From the NCBI GenBank assembly GCA_003971905.1, contig RSEE01000005.1:992001-1056000 (forward strand): DNA of 64,000 nucleotides, in the 5' to 3' direction. This DNA is from Moniliella sp. 'wahieum' (lineage: Eukaryota). The notes beneath the pieces are model-generated. The model had not been told where the DNA came from, searched no databases, and saw only the letters and a list, made by a program, of their open reading frames with translations. How positions within the stretch are numbered: the stretch's first letter is position 1; every line of letters starts with the position of its first letter. The translations under genes and the position numbers were made by a program. Of the stretch, positions 37,501 through 51,500 are shown piece by piece.

Positions 37501-39560
37501 ACTTACCTCGTCCAGTGCGACGGGGGCGGGATTGAGATGAGTGGCAACTGGCTTCGAAGGTGGCAGAGTGACGACTCGGAACTCGTGTTTAGTTTTTTCC
37601 GTAACTTTCACCGGCAAATGGACCGGTTGGTCCAGACTGCTTGCCCACCGATGCGCAGGGCCTTTTCTTTGGTGCGCCCGCCTACGCTCACATTGCAGCG
37701 TCGATTCACCACAAATGCGTCTCCCTCGTGCACCGTTCCCTCAACTCAATCACAACCCAGCATAGCCAGAGCACTTTGTACGTCTCTTTCTCTCTTTGGG
37801 TCGATCGGATATGTCTCAACCGACCCTTAACTAACACATCATATGGGCGTTACAGCAATTTGGGCGATACTGCCAACGTGCTGCTAGGAAGCTCGAACGG
37901 AAAGCCGAAGCACCTCAATATGGCGACTACACAATGCGTTTCTGCTGTGGTCGACTCAGTGACCTATGGCGAGCCGCGCCTGTATTACGAAAGGCTCCCA
38001 GTTTCCTTTCCAACATCCAATTGCACCTCACCTGCTTGGTCAAGCAGACTCTCTCTACGATGTCCAGGCATCTTTTGTCTGTGGGATTGGATTGATGCTT
38101 TGATGGAGCAGATTACGGCAGTCGGCCTGCCCATTCCATTGGTCATGGATCTGGATGAGATCATTCGCGTGGACACGCCTGATCTTGCTCGAGGCGGACC
38201 ATGCAGTGGCGCTGATACGAACGCTGGCGTTTTGTTATGGCAACTTTGGTCTATTTACGTCGACAGTCAGCTTACGGAAAGCACTGATTGATGAAACGCT
38301 GCTGGCACCGCCTATCTTTACCAAGCTCTTTCTATCGTGGTCATACACGATCCGTGCCTACTTTCTCCACACCTTGGTGTTTCGATTGGGCCACATCACG
38401 GACTTTTCGCCTCCCTCGGATGATCCTACCAACACTTCTGCCAGCCATATTGCCCCAGCTTCTTCATACACGGCTGACGATGTGCGCACATGCTACGAAG
38501 ACTTTCTCTCAGACTCGGAGGGAAGCAGTGGGAGCCATTCGGGGCGCAGTCGATCCCTTCGATTTACTCGGCCATTCGCAACACTATTGTTCTTGGCACC
38601 TCTCCCGGCGCACCCGCGCACCTTGCCACCGACGTCGACTCGGATACCGACGCATCGTATTCCAACGATTCGCTCCCTCCACATCGCCGGTAAACACGTC
38701 TCTGGGTACCCCTACCTCTCCATCGGTACTGGGGAAGGGCGAACGGATCTTGGGGCTTACTGAGGACACAATGTGGAGCCAAGCAAGCGGCGATGGTTCC
38801 GTGGCTTAGGCAAGTGGCGCAAGGACAGTTCGGCCTCGTCCAGTAAACCCCAAACAGTCAGGAGTCGAGCGCCACATCGGAAGGGATGCAACGGACCTCT
38901 CGTCCATTCTGCCTCCCCCTCCACCTCGCCCTCAGCACTCAGCCTGCTCTTCCCCTGTATTGGAGGCACAACGCCCCGGCAATCCTGAACCTATCCTACG
39001 CAGCACCTCGCTCGCAACGCATCCTTTGATCTCCAATCCGACCGTGCGCCCGCAAACGCAGCAGCGTCGTACCTCCGCGCCTCGTTGGAAGAGGGAGGGA
39101 ACCGAAACTGCTCCCCAACCCCTCGTATCACGCGATTTTGCTAGTCGTCCCAGTTTGGTCCCAGGCCCAGCGGCCGAGTGGTAGCAAGCGATCGAATGGA
39201 CGACGGACGCGTCTTAGCAGTTCTCACCCTCGCACCGCGGCCAAGGAAGAACGAGGATTCCCCGCTCACTTCAGCGTATGCGCTTGCAAAGTTTGCGCGA
39301 GTACGAACAAACTGTCAATGTACGTTTCCCATCCTTCTTTTTCTTCTGGGTGGATATGACCTCTTCTCTCACCCTCTCCACATGTCACAGGAACATGTGA
39401 GTTCATGTCCAGTCTGCCAGTGGAGCAGAGGACAGATGTGGCTTGTTTGACGGGCCTGGCCGGCAATGTGGCAGGGCGAGTGATTCTGTCGCTCAGATCT
39501 TCCTCTTGCCTCTGCCTTGTCCCCTCCCACATTTCTCCCCCGACTCAACCCCCTGTCTAA
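34538..39560 (+). CDS. DUF1765-family protein with a long S/P-rich N-terminus
   Basis: 'GNWLRRWQSDDSELVFSFFRNFH', 'FAGRILAQALFRIP', 'FTKLFLSWSYTIRAYFLHTLVFRLGH' resemble fungal DUF1765 proteins. Intron at about 37778-37855. Ends approximate. Confidence 0.7.
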
Positions 39561-40183
39561 ACATACCCCTCACTTGGTTTTCATAACCATAACATCTTTC
39601 CCTGTTTCCTTATTGGCCATACGCCCCATCCTTGCACACAAGTGCACTTTCCTTTTGCCTCTTCACTGCTGATATATCTGTTTACCTGTTTACTTGCCTT
39701 CCCTCTCAATCGCTCGACATGCGCGGCGAGAGAAAACTAAAGGAAGGTGGGTGGCCCGGCTACGTATGATGCGCGTTGAACGTTGATGATCATTATCGAG
39801 ATGAAGAGATGTGATTCAGACGAGAGACGAAGCCAAGTTGGATGAAATGTATTTGCTTCGCTTTCCCATTATTGCGTGTGCGGCTTGGTTAGCCTGGGAT
39901 TACACCATCGACAGATTCCCCACCCAGGTCGTTGGGCAAGGTGGACGGTGAGGGGAAGTGAAGCTTTTTTGTGTCTACGACGGGAACATAGACAATGCCA
40001 AAATTGACATGTGACATGTGACCTGCGTTGTGCATTGACCCAGACCCCGACTCTTGCACCGATCCATTCCCCTGCCTGTTTTTTCTTTTTTTGGCCAGCC
40101 TAGCTGATTGCACTGATTGCAGCATTCGATAATTAGCCCCCGACCCAACGGTGCCCGCCACCACCACTGACTCCCCATTTACA

Positions 40184-42311
40184 ATGGTGGCCACAACCAA
40201 CGGCAAGGGCAAGGCATCTGCCCCTGGTATTAAGAAGGTCAAGGGAGAGAACTTTTACCGCGACGCGAAAGGCGCCCGTCGTGTCAAACTCCTCTCCAAG
40301 GATGGCATTGCTAGCAAGGGCATCCGCGACCGCAAGGGCAACCTCCTTCGCGCCGCCGAGTTTCAGAGCAGCGAGGCAAAGCCGGGTCGTGTCCAGCCAG
40401 ACCGCCGCTGGTTTGGAAACACGCGTGTGATCAGCCAGGATGCGCTCACTCATTTCCGTGAGGCGCTCGGATCGCGGTGAATGATCCGTACAGTGTCCTT
40501 CTCCGCCGCAACAAGCTTCCTATGAGTCTGATACCGATCAAAAGCCCAGTGAGACCACGCAAGGGATCGGTGGATCCCGCCTCACGGAGGTGGAAAGTTT
40601 TTCCGATACGTTCGGGCCGTCGTCCCGCCGCAAGCGCCCCCGCTTGGACCCCAACGCAGTCGGCTCCTTTGCTGACTTTGCGCGTCGGGCACGACAGCTG
40701 TTGAGGCCTCGGAGGAGAAGGTGCGCGAAGAGGAGGAGAAGGCCCGAGGTGCCCACCTCGTCTCGGACGACCGCGAGATCCCCATTCTCGCGCCGGATGA
40801 GAACCCGTACGAAATCCCTGTGGAGCGTGGTCGCTCTCAGCCAGCCTACTCCAAAGGCCAATCCCGCCGAATCTGGGCCGAAACTGTACAAGGTCATTGA
40901 TTCATCCGATGTCGTCATTCACGTGCTCGACGCTCGTGATCCCGAGGGTACGCGCTGCCGCACTGTGGAGAAGCACATCCGTGAAGAAAAGCCACACAAA
41001 ACCTTGTATTCTTGCTCAAAAAGTGGACCTCGTTCCCACGTGGGTCACCGCTAAGTGGGTCAAACATTTATCCAAGACAGCACCTACGCTTGCTTTCCAT
41101 GCTTCGATCAACAACTCGTTCGGAAAGGGTTCGCTCATCAGTCTCCTTCGCCAATTCTCCCGTCTGCATTCCGACAAGAAACAGATCTCGGTCGGTTTTG
41201 TAGGATACCCCAATGCTGGCAAGAGCAGCATCATCAATACCCTCAAGGCCAAGAAGGTCTGCACTGTCGCCCCCATCCCAGGCGAGACCAAGGTGTGGCA
41301 GTACATCTCGCTCGCTCATGCGGCGCATTACCTGGTTGATTGTCCCGGGATTGTGCCCGTGGGGATGAAGGATACGGAGACGGCGACTGTCCTCAAGGGT
41401 GTGGTGCGAGTGGAGAACCTAGAAACGCCTGCCGAGCACATTCCCACTCTCATGACCAGGGTAGAACCGGTGCACCTACAAAAGACCTATGGACTGGCCA
41501 AGTGGGCGGATGCCGAGGATTTCCTTGCCCAGTTTGGCCCGCAAGATGGGCAAGTTAGTCAAGGGGGGCGAGCCTGACCATCAGGCAGCAGCGAAGATTG
41601 TACTTAACGACTGGATTCGGGGCCGGATCCCCTTCTTTGTGCCCCCGCCGGGTTTGAGCAGATGCCATCCAAGTTCTCTAACAAAGCTGCCAAGGCCGAA
41701 CTCCTTACCGTCCCTCGGTCTCGGCCAAGGATGTTACTAAATTCGCCCAAAGTGCTGCCTGCAGTCGGACGCTGAGGAAGTTGGAGGCGAGTTTACCAAC
41801 TTCAGCGATGAGGGTGACCAGGAGGAAGTTTCGCTGAAGAGCAAGAAAGCACGATCACGGCGATGAAGTCGAGGACACGCAAGAAGAAGATTCAGACGAC
41901 GAGGATGGTCTGCAAAGTTGCAGTGGACGACGTATTTGGTGCTGGCACTAATACCTCGACCCTTCTCGCAGATGACGAAGAAGATGGAGACGACGATGAG
42001 GAGGTTGATGTGGATGTGGAGCTTGACCCTAGCGATGAGGAGGGACCCGTGAGCGCCGAGGTGACTACGATCACTGAGTCTGGAATGAGTGGGTCAGAGG
42101 AAGAGTCACGACCACAGAAAAGGCAGCGCGGATGACCACGTCGAAGCGCAAGGTGGAAAACTACTATACGCACGCCAATGTCAAGAATAAGAACCGTGCT
42201 CGGGCAGCGCAGAATGTGGATCGGGTACGCCACGCTCAGGCCGCTCGTCCTAATCGGGTCGGTGCCAACGGTCGGGCAGCCCGGACGCAAAAGAACAAGA
42301 AGCGCAGGTGA
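40184..42311 (+). CDS. NOG2: Nucleolar GTPase Nog2
   Basis: NGP1NT '[35 protein letters not shown]', '[20 protein letters not shown]', '[19 protein letters not shown]', '[11 protein letters not shown]', 'DCPG', '[13 protein letters not shown]'. Confidence 0.95.
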
Positions 42312-42750
42312 TCATCTCTTTCTACGACAACTGCTTGTACCCATTTGATTTGCGTATACCTCCTAATTGGCAAGATGTTTCAAGCGTAGCAGACTGTTGG
42401 ATGAGAACATGGAGATGAACGAAGCTCCATGATTGATAGCATCAACTGCATGATATCAAATTACGACAGGCGTTCATCACGTTCATCGATGTTCCCGGTT
42501 GTCAGGGTGCAGAAAAACGAGATTAGCACGCACACCGCGACCCTCTGAATCATAATAGAATAGACTTTCTGGTTTTTCAGGGCTTGTCGCGCTGAAGACA
42601 TAAACTGATGATTATATGTCCTCCTATGCTTGGCAGTACAGTCCTATGGAAAGCAAGCCGAAAGGAGAAATCTATGACTAATGGTCTTGCCTTTAGCCTC
42701 CATCAGAGAAATAAGGCGCCCAGTGCAACACTAACATGGAAGAAAAATGC

Positions 42751-43948
42751 TTATTTGTCAACATCAAGGACAATGCGACCGGCAAGCTTGCCGCGGCGCA
42801 TGTCGTCGTACACCTGATTCAGCTCCGAAAGGCCCTTGATCTGGTAAATCACCTTGACTTTACCCCGTTCCGCGAGGCGGAGTGACTCCAACGTGTCTTG
42901 CCGGTTACCCACAATCGACCCAACAATCTTCTTGGCAGTGACGGTGGTCTCAAACACGTCCGCTTCTAGCACAGTACCGGGTGGCATGCCGACCATGACG
43001 AGGGTGCCACGGGGACGAAGATAGGCGAGGCCTTCGGCGTAGGCGGAGGCGTTGGCCGCGGCCACCACAGCGCCATGCGCCCCCAAACCGCCCGTAAGCG
43101 CCTTGACGTCGGCTATTGTCCTTGGAGACTTTAAAGTCGAGCCAAGCATCCGCACCCAGCTTCTCTACCAATGCCTTTTTTTTCGCTCCCCGTATCAATC
43201 GCAATGACGCGGTAGCCGAACGCTGAGGCATACTGTACCCCCAAATGACCCAATCCTCCCCCAGCGCCCGGGATCACCACCCACTCCCTGCTTGTAGGTT
43301 GGCCTCTTTCAAGGCACGGTAGATTGACGCCAGCGCAGAGGATGGGCGCAGCTTCGACCAGCGCCAAACCATCGGGGATCTTGGTCACGTACTTGGCTGA
43401 GGAGACGACGTACTGCTGGAACGTGCCATCGACTGTATATCCCGAGTGTTTGACGTGGTCAGCTCGCTTCCAGCCCACGCGACAGTATCGCAGTTGAGAC
43501 AGACATCCGCAAGCCACTTGACGCCCACATCTCCCCGTGCGACCCATTGGTCCGCACCAGGACCAAGCTTAAACCACCACACCGGCACCCTCGTGGCCAC
43601 CAACCAAGGGTCGCCCGTGGCTGCTGTTTGTTGGGTACAGGCCATCACCAATCATGGCGTGCAAGTCACTGTGACACAAATGGTATCAAATCATGTCAGA
43701 AGATACGGGTGTCATCACACCACAATGAGAGAAAGGAGGAAAAAAGGCTAGACGACGAAAAGATGAAGATAAATAAAGGAGAGTGGCAGAGAAGACCATA
43801 AGAATATACGCACGTGTGGCAGACACCCGAGGTGATGCGCACTAAAACCCTCGCCTTCTTTAAGTTGGATGCCCGCCGGGTTGTATTGCACAAACTCAAT
43901 CGGACCGCCAGCCTGGGAAAAGACGGCCTTGGTCGCCGTCTCGGGCAC
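42751..43948 (-). CDS. ADH1: Zn-dependent alcohol dehydrogenase (Adh1-like)
   Basis: 'GVCHT|DLHA' across an intron, 'GHEGAGVV', 'VGVKWL..CLNC..C', '[11 protein letters not shown]', 'APILCAGV', '[14 protein letters not shown]', '[10 protein letters not shown]'. Confidence 0.92.
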
Positions 43949-46900
43949 ATCGAGTTGCTTTTCACGGATATCGACAAGGCCATTGTGGTAGTTGTATCAG
44001 TCTCGGTACAGATGGTGATGGGAGTAGCAGTAGGGCTCGGGCGCGGGGAGATGTTGTCGCAGAAGAAAAAAAGAGATGCCGCGGATGTGGATCGAGGGAT
44101 AATGTGGGAATGTACGGATGTGTGTGGGTGGCTATATATAGGTACATTGAGTTTGGGGACCCCAAACGAGGGTGGGCTCTTGTGTAAGATTGCCGCTCCC
44201 AGTGATACGGAGCTGCTGCTACGGATGCAATGGGGGGGAGTTTAATCGCTTTCGGCACCTGCCAATGTGTGGGTAAACGTGGTAACGTTATAAACAACTA
44301 GTAATAGTCTCGCCCACTGTAATTATATCCACACTGGCCCCGTGCACTCGGTGTGGGGCTCCGCTTTCCCCCGCCCTCTCATTAATTCATTATTTCTTGT
44401 AAAGCCGCCGTGGGCGGCAGCGGAGAGGGTGAAGCGGGAGACGTGCAGCTGTGACCGACATCGCCCACCTCTCCAACTAAGAACTCTTCGGACCCCATCA
44501 GGATACACACACACTACACCATCTTCTCGTGTCTCCAAAAATGTGCCTTCTCTCCCCCCCCTCCCCCATCACACTGAGATAGAACCCGATCCACAATTCT
44601 GGCCAGCGCAGTGCTGCAATATGAATACAGAATTGAATGCAGTATCGGAAAGAGCACACAACACCCTCCTCTGATTTTTCCTCTCCGTCCCCGCTTATTG
44701 GTATAAGTGACCCTCTCCACCTCCCCATACCAGACTCGTACTTACTACAGCAATTTTAAGAGGGAGTACTGTGAGTGTGAGAATGCGTGACTCTCAGAAC
44801 CAATCTGGAAGTGTGGCGTAATGCGTGCGCGTCCCTTTGCAGGACACACAGTGTATGACAAAAATGCGCTGAATAAAGACAACAGCCGCAGCGGCTACCG
44901 TCACAGTTGACTCCGTTTACCGGCCGTCTTAAAAATATAGGATGACAATCGATGACACCATATCCCATTTTGCTTGTTACATGTGGCTTCAATGACACTC
45001 TTTGCCGAACACCACACATATTCACTGTGTATTGTCAATGTGGGGCTCACTCTTGTCGATCTGTCCACAATGTATCCGATTTTTACCCTACTACTCTGCG
45101 CCCCAACCTGCGCCCCCTTATAACTCGGTCAAACCCCGTCGGATGCACTTCCTGTCGGCATCCTACGTTCTCCACACACGTCGGAGCGCTATTCTCTTAC
45201 TCCACTCAAGCCTCAGGCCCCACTTCCCCGTTGTCAGTGCATAAATCCGTCATGTGCATCAATATGCTGTGAGATCCCCGAAAAAGGGCTTGCTGCGAAG
45301 AGTTTACTGTACCGTCGTCGTGCACTCCAGGGGCCGGTTGGACTATTCGCGTCGCAACCATTCACGCCACACTGCCGAGCATCCTCTGACGGAAGCAACG
45401 AAAAAGTGGCCAGTACGACAACCGTAGAGCCCGTTGATGACCACTCGGGTCCAGACCCGTCTCTCGGTCTTCAGTGACACGCGTCAGGCACTCATTGCAT
45501 CGGGCCGCGCGCGTTCCGGAACTTTTCCACAGTAGCCTTCCGACTTTTTCGGAACCACCCACTGGTCTATATCCCTCCTTAGCTCTCTCTTCAATACGAT
45601 CTCTCAATGACCTATCGCCAAAAACATCGCTAATAAATGCCTTCCACGGCTCCGGCCACAGTGGCCTCTGTTAGATCCCCACTGTGACCAGATGTGTGCG
45701 TGGCAATATCATGCGCTCTCTCTTCGTATATATGTTATTGTGTTCGGTGTGACATGTGATCATATAGTCTTGCTCGCGTCCGTCGTGGTCTTGTTGATAG
45801 AATAAGGCCTCTCCTCTTTCACAGAGCGATGGGAACCCGGTTTCATATCATCGATATCATCATGCTGGTGCAGCTTATGCGCTCCTGTGATAGTATAGGT
45901 GGTTTTGTCCTTCCTTCGGGCCTATCAAGACCACAGTGGTTAGGCACATCAGGCGGCATCAGGCCTCAGTTTTGCCATTCTTGGTCAGCGTTGTGCGGCT
46001 GCTGGTGACTACCCCAGCTTGTGACTCAAGCTAACTAATATACGAATAAGTAGTTTTGTACTTGTGTATGCTTGGCATTTTGTAGCGAGACACAAGCATA
46101 TGCTTAGCGCGCTTAACCCGGTGCTTATATATATCAATCGTGACCAATATTGATGTGACTGTGACCCTATGAAGACGCGATATAGCCAATTGTGGAAGAG
46201 CAGGGCGAAAGGAGATGGCGAGGGGGAGAGAGCTGGAGGAGATATATATCGATGTGACATCGTGCGTGAGTGAGATCTCGAACAATTAAGATGTGTTTTG
46301 GTGATACAAATTGATGAGGCCGTGGGGCTGGGCAGTGGGTTACCATTTTGCCCGAAGCATTTTCTGGTACGTCTAGGCGCCCGCGAAAACCAAGGCCCGA
46401 AGCCAACAGCCCCCTTTTCACTTGCGCTCACCAACGCCCGCAGCTCGGGATGGTCCGTCCGCTGGGCCGCATGGCAACCCGACCCAAGCATGTGCTTGTC
46501 ACATGTGATATTGCCACAACCCTAATCATATATCACCGCCATCGCCATGCGTCCACCGGCATTGGGCCGAATGCACTCTGATGCATGATGTGGCGAATCC
46601 ATAATGCATGATGCATCGACTATTATGTGGACAAGGCCTGTGGCGGAGATTGGGACATGGGACACCACTCTCCCGGCGGGCACACCTTGAAGCTTGAGCA
46701 CACCCCCTGACTTGGGACTACTAGATCCAGATGCCAGATCCCAGACCATATCTCAGTCCGAGGGGTACGTGCTGTGCCGACGGTGGGGGCAGTGAGCTGA
46801 TGGTCCCTTGTTCGGGGGGCATACATTGGGCCCACTGGGGCCGGGGTTTGTGTGTGTTGGTGTGTCTTAAGTCCTGCGGCACACAGCCCACTGTGCTTCC

Positions 46901-47351
46901 GTCCCCCCCCCACCACTTTGTAGACTGTTTCCCCTGGCAATTCCTGTGTCCCATTTCACAGCAGAGCGTGCGGTGCTGTGCATGGGAGAGCTGCCGCCAG
47001 CGCCGCCACAGTTTGGCTATGTTTCTGTGTCGTCTTGACCCCCCCCTCCGCCTCCTGCAAGGAGAGGCCTGACTGCTGACCTCGGTTTTGCCTCTTGTTT
47101 GGTACAGACTCGCACTGAAACGGCCTGAAAGGCGACGGCTCAGCGCCCCACCGACATCCCTCTTCCCCATCAACCTGTCGCCTAGAAGACTGCAAGATTG
47201 ATCTCCCCCCCCTGGGTGAACGATCTCTTGACTGGCTCGGTGTACATCCTCGTCTCTTTCGTACTCTCCTCCCCAAAGACTCCTTCTCTGTCTCTGTCCT
47301 TTGCCCCCCCCCACCTCTTCTCGCCTTCCCACCCACATTTCATATCTCAAC

Positions 47352-48592
47352 ATGACTGTTGAACCCCGCCAAACCAGCATCTTTGCCAGCACCACTGCCT
47401 CATCCAGCGAAAACCGTGGCATCTCTTTCAGCTGCCACGATGATGACTACGTTACCTTCCGCCCACATTCTCCCATCTACGCTGGCGAGGGGGCCAAACC
47501 AGCATGCGCACGTGCATAGCCGAACTCGACCTGAGCCTTCCAACACCGTGCTAGCAGCACCACAGCCGCGGCTGTCAACCGTAAGCCCATCCAGGACAAA
47601 CGAGCGAACCACAATGCGATTGAGCGGGCTCGTCGCGACAGTTTGAACCAACGATTTTTGGTATGCATGCTTTCTCTCCTTATTTTCCTTTTCGTGCTTC
47701 CATACAGGGGGGTTTTTTTGACTGACGATTGGTTTCGCTGCGCCTTCTTTGGGATGAATAGATTTTGGCATCCAAGATCCCCTCTATTTCGAATGTGCGA
47801 CGCCCGTCCAAGTCTTTGATTGTCAACCGTTCGCTTCAGTTTCTCCGACTCGCTGGCGCGCGAGGCGACGTACCGCACGATGCTGATTGAGCTGCACGAT
47901 CGTACGCGGGACTGACGGAGCAGCTGAACGAGTATCGTCTCGCCAATGGGCTGCAGAACTATGTCGAATCCGTACCGGACTTGGTGTTGCCTGTAGCATT
48001 GGCGGACGTGGCCAAGGACAAGCCGTCGGCCCGCATCCTCAGCCGAAAGGACACCGTGAACGTTCCTGGCTCGATGGCCTTGAACGGGCCGAGAACGAAA
48101 ACGGGGTAGAAGGATACGACGATGGCCCCTTCCCCACCGAGGACGTTGCTTGTCAGCAGAGAGACCCTGCCTCTCGGCCCCGGATCTTCTACCCCCGTCA
48201 AATTGACACCGACGCAATGCCGCTGCCAGGGTCCCATGACAAACTTTCTATCCATGTACGCCTCGACCCCCGCTGCCCTTGGACGTAAATAGTGCTTCGT
48301 TTTCCATGCCCCACTATCAGCGTCCTCGCTCAGCTCATCACCCGGAAGCCAAGCAGAACTGACTGCATCTCCCTCTGCCGGATCGCCCTACCGACTTGGC
48401 CTATAGCCCCGGTGCACTGCTCCGCACCAATTTGAGATGCCCAACCCGGTGGATAATATGTTCTCCATGATCCCCCTCGACACTGGAGATGGTGCTGGGT
48501 CATACGCGACGCCGTTAACGCCGGCGACAGATTGGGGTTCGATCCTGAACAGTACCCAACCTGCCACGCTTAACCTGTGCTCCCTGTGTTGA
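47352..48592 (+). CDS. bHLH transcription factor (H-E-R class, E-box binding)
   Basis: 'KRANHNAIERARRDSLNQRFL|ILASKIPSISNVRRPSKSLIVNRSLQFL' across a GT-AG intron at 47661-47761. The 3' end is uncertain. Confidence 0.8.
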
Positions 48593-51500
48593 TCCCTTTC
48601 GGGTGTCCCTTGCTCCTGGTCGCCCGTCCCTCCCCTGTTCCGCCCTCGTGTTTCGCCTTCCACATCGTTGATCCATGATGGACCTTTGGTCTTCACGCCC
48701 CCTTCGTCACGTCCCTTCGTTTTCTCCGTCGGGCAGGCACCTGCTCCTCCTACCTGACCTCCCCTCCCATGTATTACCACCATGTTCCACCGTTTACCAT
48801 TCCCTCCCCTTTGCTTTGGTCACTTGATCCCGTCCCTCTTCCCGCTCGAACCGATCGCCCCTGCTCCTCTGAACATCCCATGTCAAGATATGTCCTATCT
48901 TACCTGGCGCACGCGGTGCTATGATCCTTTTTGTGCTGTAGCGCGATGTATGACCAGCTGGCCTGGCCACAACTTGCCTTGCACCCAGCACCACACGCGC
49001 ACTTATTTTTACTTCCCATCGACTTGCGCTACCATGCTCTCTTTATCTTTCTCGGCAAGCTACAGTGGTGGCGGCACCTTGATGGTCCGTCAGACCGACT
49101 GCCCAAGAAAAGGATGGGAAGAACCATATATGGAGGACAAGGCTCCAAGGGGCAATACAGGTAGATGGAGGCGAAGAAGCTTGGACTTGGGCCGTAAGCC
49201 ATGGGATGTGAGGCAATTTCCCTAAGAAGGACGAAAGAGCAAGAGACAAGTACGTTGTGGGTTTTTGGGGATGAGTAGGGGCAACCAGAATCGTCCCACG
49301 CCGTGGCGTGGTAAGGTACGAATGTGCTCACTGTGGAAGGTGGGCAGGGTGGTCTGCTCCACGCCTACCAACGGCCGACAGAGCCAGCAGAGCTGGAACG
49401 AGATGCCAAGGGGGGTACGTCGCCGGTGGCACGTCACGTCTTGGTCTGGGCCGGGGGTGGAGGGGAGGGCACGATGGGAGGGGGAGGGGGGAGGAAGGAT
49501 TCGGGCCAGAGATGCAATCGTGTGCCAGGAAGGAGCATGGTGACGGAGGTGGAGGGGAGAAGGGGGGAAGGCGTGGACAGAAAAGTGGTGGGGGCAGCAC
49601 AGTTGGCTTTTTGTGGTACAGCAGAGGAAAATGAAGACTTCGATCTCTTGGTGGCTGGATTTGGTGGGCCCGTGGGGCGGCAATTAAAGTGTGAGGCTAC
49701 GGACTTTAGTAGCTATAGAACCGTCCCAAGAACCTTGTTTCTCTTTACTCTCTTCAAGGTTCAAGCTTCAGAAGGCCCTAATGAGCCTCTACTAGATACT
49801 AATCTCACTTCAAGCTTGAACTTCAAGCTTCAGCATCACCAAGTCAATTGACTAGGGTCTAGTGACTAGCTACTAGCTACCGGCAGGCACCATTACTCTT
49901 CCCTTCAATGTCTTCACTGGCCTCAGGCCTCACTTTATCGCAACATCAAATTCATTATCAGAAGCGTACCAGCAAGGATCATGTGGCCCGAGCGGGACGA
50001 AGCATAATGCGTAAGTATAGGATACGGAAGAGGCGGCTTCATGCAGGTCCTCAGTGCACTAAAGGGCCTCGGCCTCACATGCCTCACAGAACCAAAAATA
50101 TTCGCTCTCTTTTTATTCTTGCAAACAACAGGAGATATGCAACAGGAGACGGTACAACAGGAGGATGGGGTTCACTTGTTTTGAAATGGCAAACTAGAAT
50201 GTGGCCCTGAGGCTCAGGCCTGAGGCTCAGGTTGGAAGAACCAAAACACGTCGAATACGAGAGGTGGGTGTGGGGGCGCCCTCCTGTTGTTGCGTCGGTA
50301 GGGATTATCGAGTATCGATTACCGAGATACAGAGTACTGGTTACTAGTTACTAGTTACTAGTTACTGAGTACAGTTCTGGGAATCTCAGACCGAAGGTAT
50401 TTTTTAGCTTTAATTTAAAGTACAGGACCCTAGCGCACCCTAGGCTTTCCCCCTGTCCATTGATTAATGATTGGTATGTATTGAACAGCTGTCGAGCTCA
50501 TGTCGAAAGGAATCCAGTAGAATATCGAGGGCTGTCACGCGTCACGCTGTTATGCGGCACATAATAGTGCGTAATGCGTAATGCATAATGGCAGGAACGG
50601 TCGGATGGATATGATCGATGATCGATGAGCTGGCGCAGGCTGATGCGCCGATGGCGTCTACTGTGGGGGCGAGAAGGTTTCCCCAGGTTTCCCCTGTCCC
50701 CTACTCAAGTTTAAGCTTTCTTGCATTTAAGCTTTCTTGCAAAGGATGTTGGACGCGGATTCGAGGACCCTCTTTCCCGCCTATTTTTGGCTTTGAGAAT
50801 GCATGAATGTGGCATTCACGTGTGACGCCCTGTATATCTAAAGCTTTTTTTGTCTACTATATGTCCGAACACCTACCTGCTCTAGTATGTAATCGTCGTC
50901 GAATGTCGACCTCACGACCCACGACAGCCCTCGACGCGACGCACGACCTCCCGCGACCTATGATAATCGATAAAACGATGATCGATGACCACAGCCGCCT
51001 TGGAGCTTGGACTGAGGGCCCCATGCCTCAGACCGTCTCAGGGCCTCAACAATGATTAATGACCTCAGTATATCTTCCTCAATTGCCACCAGCTATCCTC
51101 TCTCGCCACGCGCCACCCGTCTTCCACCCGTGTTTGAGTTCAACGTTCAACGCTTAACGTTTTCACTCTGAATCCGTCCATATATATGGGATGGTGGGTT
51201 GGGTCCAACCCGGTCTGTGCAATCAGTGTATCAGCTCATTGAGCTCAGCCCAGATTTCCCCACGTACAGAGACTAGCAGTAGAGCACTGGCCCAATGATT
51301 AATGAAGCTTGAAGCTCAATGCACGAAGAGGCTCAACGGTCTCTGAATTGTAACCATGGCGCCCCCCCTTCCCCTTGCACCTGCAGAGTCCCCGGTTTCA
51401 TCGAAGATTGATCAGATGATCATACCATTTGTGTGAGTGTATAGTGGTGTGAGCGCATGTGAGCGCGAGCCTCATTGCCCACGGGCTGATGGGTGTTGAA

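Noticed and set aside
44000..47300. Short ORFs or ncRNA in the ADH-bHLH divergent interval
   Set aside because: No recognisable domain or snRNA/snoRNA/rRNA signature was found. It is treated as regulatory or UTR DNA.
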